DNA of 63,216 nt, filler included, from Lenisia limosa (Eukaryota; Protista; Breviatea): assembly GCA_001655205.1 (NCBI GenBank). It is 19 parts of 19 records of this genome, joined end to end, with 100 filler letters (N's around TTAATTAATTAA, not from the genome) between each part and the next. Parts side by side here need not be neighbours in the genome. Positions count along the whole stretch, not along the records: positions 21,494 to 24,586 come from LPNZ01009100.1; positions 24,687 to 27,637 come from LPNZ01006371.1; positions 27,738 to 28,859 come from LPNZ01000455.1; positions 28,960 to 34,258 come from LPNZ01001302.1; positions 34,359 to 37,175 come from LPNZ01002594.1; 14 more parts are not named here. The stretch is one strand, 5' to 3'. Every line of letters begins with the position of its first letter. The first letter of the stretch is position 1. The notes under the pieces were generated by a model. That model was not told the DNA's origin. It did not search any database and saw only the letters and a list, made by a program, of their open reading frames with translations. The position numbers were made by a program, and so were the translations under genes. Below, piece after piece: positions 24,275 through 34,417 of the stretch.

Positions 24275-24851
24275 CTGGGGGGGAGAGAGTAAAATTGGAC
24301 AATTTATGAACGATAAAAAAGCCCAAATCAACTGTTTTGGGGGTGGGGGGACTGGGTTGGTAGTGTCACTTCATATGATAACACCTGCCACATTGACAAT
24401 GCTTGCTTGAAAATTTGTTAATCCAAAGCAAATTCGAATGATATATACTGACTGTGTCAAGTCAACCAATCATTTGAATGATATACACTGACTGTCGAGC
24501 GGAAAGACACAGTACATAATATGAACATATATCTGTAGAGTCCAGAAATGTGATATTTTTTGGAAATGTGATATTTTTTCGAAAAANNNNNNNNNNNNNN
24601 NNNNNNNNNNNNNNNNNNNNNNNNNNNNNNTTAATTAATTAANNNNNNNNNNNNNNNNNNNNNNNNNNNNNNNNNNNNNNNNNNNNAAAAAAAAAAAGAC
24701 TAAAATTTTCATTGAACTATGTCGGCTAGAAACACCTGAGCGTTGAACTCAAACAGGAAATTATACCTTCCATACATAAACAATAATAATAAAAAAATAA
24801 CAAAACAAAACAAAACAAAAAAACAATATGGGGGTGAAATCCTCCACAAAC

Positions 24852-27509
24852 CTGACAGGCGAACTTGTTCATTGCTGACTCTAGACGATCGGGTCTGACA
24901 GCCTGCACAACCAGCAAACGCTGGAACGCCGAGGCTAGGGGGTGGTGAGCAGGGAATTTAAAGGACCATTATATTTTGAAGATTAGGGATTCTAGTGCTT
25001 GAGTAGGGCTTCACTTCGTTTTAAAAAGACAGGATTTCTCGATAAATCCGAAAAACTATCGATATTTTACCGGTCTTTTTCGAACCGAAGTGAAAGCCCA
25101 ATCGTGATATTCAGGGGTATTTTGTAATGTGATGGGGGGTGAGGGGTTAGAAAACAACAAACAAATCAAAAAGTAAAAACAGCAGGTAAAACAACAGGAA
25201 AATCGCAGTACCGTTCGTTCGAAGTGCTTTAGGCCAGGTTTGGTCACAATCCGCAGTACGTGCCCATCTAGACCATATCTGCCGGGAGAGGGGATGGTAA
25301 AATAGCAGGTTCTTACATTGGATATATTGAAAGAACGTGTAAGTGAGGTGCAGAGGGAGGTCAGAGGAAAAATGATAAATTTATTGGGGGGTTCCACAAA
25401 CACGTCAAACATACAGTGACTGGGATAAGTCTTGACCGATTTGCTCTCTGATTTCCCAAGGAAAACCGATCAAGACTTTTCCCAGTCAAGACTTATCCCA
25501 ACCACTGTATATCACATAGCAAATCAGTCAAGACTTATCCCGGCCACTGTCTATCACAAAGCAAATCAGTCAAGACTTATCCCGGCCACTGTATATCACA
25601 TAGCAAATCAGTCAAGACTTATCCCGGCCACTGTACCCACGTTTAATATCAATATATCCCCCCTACGTCAGCACTATGAAGGTCCAAAGAGGCGTAGAGC
25701 TGCGGGAGGGATTGCGCGAAAGTGGCGAGGCGTGCGCGTGAGGCTGGATCGGCCCAATCCGCTGCAAAAAAATAAATTATATATATATATATGTATTTTC
25801 AAAGGGGGTAAAAATGTAACATGTAACAAAATCACCCAGACAAGTGTCGAAAACAACAAAACAAAGCTATTGTTGTTGTTGTTGTTGGGCTCTCTCTCTC
25901 TTTCTATCCCTTCCCCAGAAAAAAACCATCCATATTGGGTTGAGCTGCCTACCTGACGATGCTTTCGTTGACGCTTGGGTGGTCACGACTTGGCCTGTGA
26001 AGTAGTCCCACTCGTTTGGCTGGAAGAGCTGGGGGAGGGGATTAAAAAGCAATTCTACTGTATATTATTTTATCTTGGTCAAAAACACAGAGTATGTTAT
26101 TTTGCCTTATGGTACCCCTATGTGTCAATTTATGCATGTACATAATATTATATTTCTCCTGTTCCGAAACAACACATTTGAATTGTTTTTTTGGTGTGGT
26201 GGCAATATATGTACAATATATGATATGATTTTTTTGAAAAAAATCTTACCTTAGGAGCAAGACAGTGGGAGAGATGAAGAGCTGCAGTCAAACGATCGGC
26301 CTTGAACAGTCCGCGCATTGTGAGGTTCATCCAGGATACAAGGAGCTCAGATCTGGGGTGAGTGTGTGTGTGTTTACAATATTATGTATATACGTGTGAG
26401 ATATATACATAGAACAAAATGCATATCATATGTATGTGTGTGTGGTTACGAAAAGTACGGCAAAATATCGAAATATATCGATGATATATCGAGAAATTCA
26501 ATTATTGACCCCCCCCCACTTCAACTTGTCAAGCCTGGTTTGGATGTTGTCGCTCTGCGAGGTCCTGGACTGCAGAACCGCCTCAAAAGTCTCCATGAAG
26601 GACTGGGGGGAGAAAGAGAGTAAAATAGCAGGTTCTTACATAGGAAATATTGAAAGGACGTGGAAGTGAGGTGAAGAGGGGGTGGGTATAATTGGGGAAA
26701 ATTTATGAAACAAAAAAGCNNNNNNNNNNNNNNNNNNNNNNNNNNNNNNNNNNNNNNNNNNNNNNNNNNNNNNNNNNNNNNNNNNNNNNNNNNNNNNNNN
26801 NNNNNNNNNNNNNNNNNNNNNNNNNNNCGGAGTATTAGGGTGTTACAGGAGGTAAGGGGAAGCGTGGCGTGTTGAAAATAACACAAAAAACCCAAGGCCA
26901 AGGCCAGGCGCTTCAGCTGTGAGGGTGTCAAAGGGGGGTGGTGATAGTGATGGTTGTGTTATTGGTGGTGTGGAAGTAAACCCAGAAGACTTCCCTCTAA
27001 ACGCAAACGATGAGGGAAGTAATATATAGCTATATGATATCCCCACATCCACTAGTGATATGATCTGTAGTTGCAAATTAACCTTTGATTAATTTAAATT
27101 GTGTTCATAAAAAATCACTTGAATTACTTTTTTTATTCTTTCACTACAGACGTCCCCCTACATGAAGCGAAAAGGAGTACATGGAGTTGACTGTGGTGAG
27201 GTCTGCGGCTCCAAAGAAGAGTGTAGCGCCATGTGATGCAAGGGGTCTGGGCGGACGGGAAGTTAGTTTAGCAGGTTCTTAAAAAGGAACTTTTCCAAGG
27301 ACGTTATAATATCATGTCACTTTTTTGGGTCATTTTCCTACGTGTGAACTATTAACATAGAGTATTAGATAATAAAATACAGTGCATATCATATATTATG
27401 TCATGTATATCTAATAGCCCCCCCCCCCTCTCACCTATAGACTTCCCTTTCTTCATCCAGAGATTTTTGGAGTTTCAATGAATCTTCAAGTGCGTCCTTA
27501 ATGGTCGAA
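24852..27509 (-). CDS. DYNC2H1: Cytoplasmic dynein-2 heavy chain (IFT dynein), internal fragment, 7 exons
   Basis: STIKDALEDSLKLQKSLDEEREVYR|PLASHGATLFF..NSMYSFSLH|SFMETF..|GLFKADRL..|LFQPNEWDYFTG|..|FQRLLVVQAVRPDRLESAMNKFACQ follows the dynein-2 sequence (ERDAYLPLA, LFKADQL, FQENEWDTFTG, VQALRPDRLQSAM). Confidence 0.9.
25004..25100. mobile_element. Family A MITE, full length, in a dynein intron
   Basis: TAGGGCTTCACTTCGTTTTAAAAAGAC..GTCTTTTTCGAACCGAAGTGAAGCCC. Other copies at 13195-13289, 37696-37780, 56448-56551, 62325-62425, 62994-63083 and 63132-end. Confidence 0.85.
25414..25633. repeat. Family D MITE whose right end is tandemly amplified (42-bp unit x4)
   Basis: TA|CAGTGACTGGGATAAGTCTTGAC.. 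followed by AGTCAAGACTTATCCC(G/A)(G/A)CCACTG ending at 25507, 25549, 25591 and 25633. Confidence 0.85.
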
Positions 27510-27637
27510 CTGAAGGGGGTAAACATGGAAAATTTATGAAACAAAAAACCAAGAATTAACTCTGTTGGCTGGTATTTGGAAAACAGCAAAACAAACAAAA
27601 CCCAGGCCAGTTGCACTAGCGTGGGGGGGGGGGGGGG
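27510..27637 (-). repeat. Family B intronic element, near-complete copy ending at the dynein 3' splice site
   Basis: Sense sequence C-run-ACGCT..ACTGGCCTGGG..AGCCAACAGAGTTAATT..TTTGTTTCATAAATTTTCCATGTTTACCCCCTTCAG|exon. Confidence 0.85.
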
Positions 27638-27738
27638 NNNNNNNNNNNNNNNNNNNNNNNNNNNNNNNNNNNNNNNNNNNNTTAATTAATTAANNNNNNN
27701 NNNNNNNNNNNNNNNNNNNNNNNNNNNNNNNNNNNNNC

Positions 27739-28681
27739 TTCCCGGTCAATCTTCGCTCGATATTGCAAAGGACCTCCTCTTCTTCAAGACGCTGGATGTT
27801 GACATGATCGGGTGAGCTGGTGGTGGTCTGGGGCTAGAAAGCGCGCAAGCTGAGTTCAGACAGTTGTCAGGGAAATTTGTCATTGTTTTTTTGATCATAA
27901 ATTTAAAAGTTAAAAAAGAGGATGAATAATCTTTTGTATTGTGAGATGGGATTAAAATAGGAAGACAATTTACTAAATGCACTTTGTCCACTGCACGTCC
28001 CAATGTGGTCACAACAAACATTTGTCAAGCAAATTTTTATTGATTGGGTGAATTAATTACACATACACATTCCATCTTTTTATTTATCTTCCTCTTTCAC
28101 TCTCTCACTAACTCTCATACACACTCATGCACAAACTCAATCAATCTTCTCTCTCTTTATCTAACACATCAGAATGGGTCCGTACATTCCGCACTCTAGT
28201 ACTCCCCTTGCCCAGGAATGGCATGGTAAGTTCACCCAATACGTATAATATATAATTGCCAATGTTTGGGTGACTTAATATGACACACACTATAATCCAA
28301 TGCAACCAATAAGTGTGATGGAGGATACCATCTTGCCCCCCCCCCTCCCTAAACAGGCATCATAGCTTAAAATTCTATTTTTTGGACAATCAAAGATAAA
28401 TATATTTGAAAGCTTGGGACGGGGAATCTTTTGTGCTTATTATAAGGGCTTCAATTCTTTTCTATAATGTACTGCATTTTACGAAATCCTCGAAAACTAT
28501 TGTTTGACCCATAACACTCTGAGCCGGAAAGCGACTGAATTAATCGATAAATCATCGATATATTTTTCGCACTGGAGAGAAGCCCTACCCAGTACTTATT
28601 CATTTCAGCTGAGAGAGGCGCTATGGAGTCGGAAGAGGACAAAAAGGCTTGGAGAGAAGATATGTACGAACTTACCACGAG
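27739..28681 (+). CDS. hydE: [FeFe]-hydrogenase maturase HydE (radical SAM), internal fragment
   Basis: Exons 27739-27811, 28173-28225 and 28609-28681 splice in phase to LPGQSSLDIAKDLLFFKTLDVDMIGMGPYIPHSSTPLAQEW..YELTTR, the HydE signature PGQT..DL..D.DMIGxGPFIPHxxTPL. Confidence 0.88.
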
Positions 28682-28796
28682 GTACCCGGGTGGTGTGGGG
28701 TTTCACTGGTATTTGAGATGTATTTTGAAACAACACGTGCATGTATCTCTTCACGTTGTTTCATAAAATTGTCTATTTTTACCCCTTCTCCCCTCA

Positions 28797-28859
28797 CCCG
28801 GGATGCGGTGCTTTAGTGATGGGATGCGGTGCTTTAGTGATGGGATGCGGTGCTTTAGT
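28797..28859 (+). repeat. 21-bp tandem repeat (GATGGGATGCGGTGCTTTAGT)n, equal to the family B head
   Basis: Three copies run into the contig end, inside a HydE intron. Confidence 0.85.
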
Positions 28860-29197
28860 NNNNNNNNNNNNNNNNNNNNNNNNNNNNNNNNNNNNNNNNN
28901 NNNTTAATTAATTAANNNNNNNNNNNNNNNNNNNNNNNNNNNNNNNNNNNNNNNNNNNNCATATTTAAAACCGTGAAGTCCTCGACGTGATAAAGGTAGT
29001 AAAAAGAGATAATAAGAGCGTAAAAATGGTCATTTTACCGGCACCTGGGGGGTTTATACAAAGACCGTCAATCCCCTGGAACCCCAGCCAGCTTGAACCT
29101 TGAACCGTTGATTGTTGGATTGTTGGTGGATTGACGAAACAAGTTGAAACAACTTGGAAACAGCAGGTTTTCAGACTCATAAGAAACTATTGACCTC

Positions 29198-30670
29198 ATG
29201 ATGAAGAGCAATTGCCTCACTGAACATAGTAATTCCACTCTTGGAGGTTGCGACTATGTTATTAGATTGAGAGGCTGCCCGTTTGAAGTTTCAGAATCAA
29301 TAATTAATGACTTTTTGGCTCCTGCTGTTTGTTCCTTTCAAGTTTACTTTTGTAGTGTATTCGTGAAATGCTTATAACTCAAGATCCCCAAGGCAGATGT
29401 ATTGGTGATTGTTTTGTTGAGTTGAAGGATGAAAAAAGTGTAATCATTGCGAAATCTAAGCATAAATCCTGCATTGGGAAACGTTATATTGATATTTTCT
29501 CTTCTTGCTTGTAAGCATGTTTTGTGTAATGCTATTTAGGCGGGATATGTGGACTGCAATGGATATGCTGAACCTGAAGCAAGCATCCTCAGATTGCCTC
29601 ATTAAAAGGGTGAAAGGTGCGTTGTGAGCTTAATTAGGATTCAGTAATCTGGATACGCTTATACAATTTTTAAAATTGCTTGAATCAGTTGAGAACTATT
29701 ATGTTGATAAAGTGTTTTAGAGTTTTAATTCTTTGACTGGCTCTGAAGCTATGGTATTGTTTCTGGATAAAGTCAGCTCATATGAAGCCCTTAAATTTGA
29801 TAACACCCAAATTAGTCAATTGTTTCTTGTAATTTGACAAATCAATCATATCTGTAACTGAAACTTCCCATGCTGAAATGAGGAAACTGTTAAACGTGTA
29901 TGGACCAAGCAACATAGGAGCCATTTTCAACCCTTCAAAGCATATTGGTCAACAACCATATCTTTCCCACGTTTGTTTTTGATATAATAACTTTTAGAAT
30001 CAGGAAGACAATTTATGTCTAGATCCAATGAAAATTTTGCAGTTCCAAGCTTCGCAAATGGGATTTGACGAGGCTTCTTTCGACCAACTCAAAAGTAGAT
30101 GTCAACAATTGCTTTTTCAAAAACAGCAAATGGTTGAAATGGGAATGGATTTACAAAAAATTGAAGAATTTCAACAGCAGCAGCAATACGCTCAAACTGA
30201 AGAACAAGCTAACCAGTTGAAAAGTATGGGTGTGCCACTTTGTACAATTCAGCAATATCAGCAGCAGCAACAAACATTAATCTGTCAGGTTTTTTTTAAT
30301 GACAATTACTGCTGATCTCCTTTATTCTTAATGCCAAGTCTCAACAAATTCTTCCAGTTAAATCGCAACAGCATGGGCTAAGTCGAAGATTAAAGTTAAG
30401 AGGAATCCCTTATCGAATTCAAACAGAGGAGTTGGAAGATTTTTTTTCAGGTTTTTTTTATATTTCTTTGATGCTAGGTTATGCTTTTGAGGAAGATAGT
30501 GTTGAAATTGGAATGGATGAATCTGGTCGTCCTTCAGGAATGGCATGGATAACAATGAAGACCCCTTCTGAAGTACTTTTGGATTATTGTTTATTTTGGC
30601 AGTTAGGGCAAAGCAAAATCTTCATAGACAGTACATGAGATCGAGATATGTTGAGATTTTTGTTGATTGA
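29198..30670 (+). CDS. ESRP/hnRNP-F/H-type RNA-binding protein with three quasi-RRMs and a Q-rich linker; tiny introns; two splice/frame anomalies
   Basis: VIRLRGCPF..GRCIGDCFVEL..KHKSCIGKRYIDIF and LKLRGIPY..EDFFSG..GRPSGMAWI..LHRQYMRSRYVEIF are qRRM motifs; ends at TGA 30668-30670. The start is assumed at ATG 29198. Confidence 0.8.
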
Positions 30671-31537
30671 TAAGGAATTGATAGATTTGCATTTTTTTTT
30701 TTACTATTTTCACAATTTCTTTATTTAAAATACAAATGTATAATTTTGAGTTTAATCGTTTAACCACCTTCCCTTCCTGAGAGTAGAGGGAGGAAGAGGT
30801 AGCGGGAGAAGCTGACACCGGGGGTCACTCAATGTTGTTACACCACACAAACTAAATTTTTTTTCAGTTTTTTTTCTAGATTTTTTCACCCAATTCTAAC
30901 AAATGGGAGTTAAGTTGTTGGTTTTGTGGAACACAGGACCTGTTTTCGCTCTTCTTTTTCTTTTTGGTTTAAAAACAAACCACTGAAACGTATCAAGGGT
31001 TTATGTTCCCCAGAACAGTGTGTTGACTATCAGTCACCAGCAAACTCATTGCGCCCCATGATTATGTTTCGTCCGATGGAATCCGAAATAGAACATCTAA
31101 ATACTGATTCAAGCCATCATTAGTCATATGAATTCGCGTTTTTTTTGACAGTTGTGGTTTATTGCATTTTTCCATTCCCTCTCTATGTTGTGATATTCCA
31201 TTATTCCATACTACAGTTATAAAGTCTGAACCCCACAAACTGGCGTGAAGAGCAAAATGCAAGCAGAAGAACAGAGCATCAAAGAACACAAGGGCCAAGG
31301 CAACTTCCAACAAGATCTAGAGAGCGGCGAAATGAAGAAAATTTCAACTATCACAACGTCAACTGTAGTCTCCTTTACAGTTTGGTTATAATGGTACCAA
31401 AAAAAGACTGAATTTAGTATTAAATTCGCGATAAATATCGATATTTGGGACGAGTTTATTCAAAGCGGACCTTCCCCAGGATCGTTTAACTCTCACCCCG
31501 GGGTAATATAAAATGCATTTTTGAACAAAAAAAAAAA

Positions 31538-33000
31538 TTAGAGTGAAATTGGAAGTAAAACAATATCTGAAGAAATTGAAAAATACCAGTTTGCTTTCAC
31601 AATCAATTTGGTAATTGTCAAGAAACTACAAAAAGAAGAGTGATGTTTGCTCTTCCATGATAAATATTTATTTGTCGAAAGTGATGCAACAGAGTGACGA
31701 GTCATCTCATCAAACACATCATGATCATCCCTAGAACACCCAGCATCAAAAAGAGATTGTGTTAATTCAATACGATATTTCAGACTGCAAACTAATTGAG
31801 GTTGAAAAGAAAAATTTAGAAATCCATCTCTGAACAAATCAAGAGAAACCACAAAGGACTCAAAGAAGAATGGAAAATGAGAAGAAATATGGACCGAGTC
31901 TCCAATAAAAATCGAACAGTATGCAGATGTCACAATCAAAGAGAGAAAAGTACCTGACAGTATATTAAAAAGTGTGAGAAAACAGATTTACACCTAATAG
32001 ACGCAGCACAACACAATTGGTTAAAGGAGGAAGTAATATTAAAAAGACTACAAAGTGAAATAAAAATCTGTGTAGCTAATAAGGGTAAAAAATAAACAGC
32101 TAACAAAAACAATCATAATTATCTTTTGGGCATTCAGTTGAATTTCACTTCTCAAAAGGTCACTTCTTAATTGTTTATTAAAATTTGACACAGCCATTCC
32201 TCTCAAATTAAAAACACAACCAACAAGTAGAAAAGGCAACTTTGAAGTATGCTCCACCAGTACTAATGAATGGACATAGAGATAAAACTGAGAGTAATTA
32301 GCAAGATGCGACCTGCTTTCAAAGTTAAAAAGGCAATAATTAGAAGATAAGCAAAATAATGAGGACAGTGAATATGGTAAAGGTTTATTTTCCATTTCCT
32401 TACACCAACCGATCACAACACATCACAGATAGATCACAGATACAGCAAAACACAGCAAAACCAAGAACCAGGGGGTGGCCCCCCACTGGGATTTGTCTCG
32501 GTGGACCTAGAACACACTGGGGGGTCTATATAATATACTCAGAACATTACAAACGTGATTAAGCGGGCAAGAAGCCTTTTGCTGCGAAGTTTTGCCATTT
32601 GGTGTTTTATAGACAATTGAATCGAAAGCCTCCATTTGCCTTCTTGGCCTGAGTGAGTCTATTTTACAAATTAAACAACAAATCGAGCCTTTCTTGCGTC
32701 ACTCCTTATCTTTGCTGCACATTCAGGTGATCTTGTTCGGAAGTAAGCTGGAATTTTTTCTACATTAAAAATATCCAAACTGAGAGCGTATCTCCGGAAC
32801 AAAGCGCAGATGACAATATTCCTTAATGTACAAAGATTTTTGCTTTCAGATGCAAACCGATCTTGTTGCGCTTATAGTAGTCTGCTCGATACAACCTCGA
32901 AACCATATCCTGTGCTTTTGAGGGTTATCTAAAAATGATTGAAAACAGCAACAATAATAAGACACGATAATTATAGCCAGAACTAAGAATCTTCTAATCA
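31538..33000 (-). CDS. AT-rich hypothetical coding region(s) with probable tiny introns
   Basis: Open frames such as ITLKSTGY..KIRSDARKARF..RLITFVMF whose stops fall in 21- and 33-nt GT-AG segments; hydrophobic ORFs at 31538-32416. No family recognised. Confidence 0.3.
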
Positions 33001-33459
33001 TATTGGAGAAAATCTAAAAAAAACAATCTCTGTATGTATGGCGGAGTTAGGGAGAATAGATTCAGTTATTTTAGAAGATAATAAACTGTTGTGTACACCT
33101 TACCAATTCTCCCTTGTAAAACGTGGGAAACAAGCTTGAGCAAAGTGTTTGGCGATCTTTTATGTTAAAAACCAATTCATACAGAAGGGCAAAACACTAA
33201 TGATATACATGTATATATAGACAAAACATATAATCACGAGACAAAACTGAGAATCAAGGACAAAACTGTGAATCACTTGTTTTTGAAAATACTATAATGC
33301 TTGTTCTTGTTCTATCTGTTTTTAACATTTTTTTTGGAAAGCGTTCATTTATATCTATTTTCGATTCATTATAAGTTCTCTCCCACTCAGCACCACTTAT
33401 TTTTTGTGGAATAGAATCCTAATTCAAAGATACATGAGAAGACAAAGATCATGAACACC

Positions 33460-34052
33460 TTATTTCCTCAGCGCGCGAGTACGAACTGGGGTCTTGCGCT
33501 TTGCTGGGGCTTTGGCACGGTTAACCTATCTATAGTAGAGTCACAAACGTTCCCGGTAAAACAGAGCCATACTTGTCACTTTAATTAACCAGCCTTGGGT
33601 TTGTTCGTTGGGGCCTTTCTGGTAGTGCGCTTAGAGGGAGATGCGTGAAGTAGATGAGAGGGGCAGAGGGCCGTGAGTCGTCTCCCGATAGGCAGGACTC
33701 TACCTGTCCAGTTGAGCTTGACGGTGATGGACTGAAGCTCGGAGAGGTGTCTTTTTTGAGAGCCGCATTGAAGTTAAAGAGGTACGCATCAATCTACGTA
33801 CAGGCTTCTAAATACACTTGATTCAACACAAAGTTTGTAAAATCCAATAATTCTCCCCATTCTCACGTTGGCTTCGTTAGTGGCGGAGACTGGGTTTCGA
33901 ACTTGATGACCCTAATAGCATGAGAACATACGATGTTGACCAATTTAGTAAACAGGAATAAAAATCTAGATAACAACGAAATGTCACCTCATCATACCAA
34001 TTCGGCAGCAGCTTATTGATAATAATAAACCAGGATCTTGAGGGATGTCCAT
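33460..34052 (-). CDS. Small (~90 aa) basic hypothetical protein, 5 exons
   Basis: In-phase model MDIPQDPAAAEL|GHQVRNPVSATNEAN|IDAYLFNFNAALKKTPL..|..|VNRAKAPAKRKTPVRTRALRK*. It needs a 19-nt first intron, so the start is uncertain. Confidence 0.4.
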
Positions 34053-34417
34053 GGAGTACCACACTGGAAAAACACAGAAGACTAAGAAATGACGAAGGTT
34101 GGTGTTCTTTGGATTGTTTAAGTTTATATATAACAATTATCAGGAAGGATGGCGAGGGAGAGGTTTGATACTTGCGAAGTGCTATTTACGAACTCCATTC
34201 TTAAGGTGTGCCTTCTGCCCTTCTTATTAACATATCTTATTGTATTAATAACTATCAANNNNNNNNNNNNNNNNNNNNNNNNNNNNNNNNNNNNNNNNNN
34301 NNTTAATTAATTAANNNNNNNNNNNNNNNNNNNNNNNNNNNNNNNNNNNNNNNNNNNNCAATGTTTAAATAAATAGATAATTATTAGTATCAATTACAAA
34401 TAAGTATAATATAGAGT

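Noticed and set aside
28960-33000. Non-standard genetic code (TAA/TAG = Gln), suggested by in-frame TAA 29021, TAA 29180, TAG 29718, TAR codons at 32600-32930, and a TAA at ~21920 in the DSP-like frame
   Set aside because: TAA 29021 and 29180 lie upstream of a usable ATG (29198). TAG 29718 and the 32.6-32.9 kb stops fall in 3n GT-AG segments, and the 21920 TAA follows a good donor (G|GTTAAG). The Q-rich tract 30028-30288 uses only CAA/CAG. MO25 ends at TAG at the homologous C-terminus. Codon-alignment analysis on transcripts would settle it.
28960-33300. A second (contaminant) eukaryote as the source of the tiny-intron genes
   Set aside because: Not favoured, because the same ungapped contig carries a family A remnant and a gene with host-style introns. 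A chimeric join cannot be fully excluded, so it is kept as a test in the findings.
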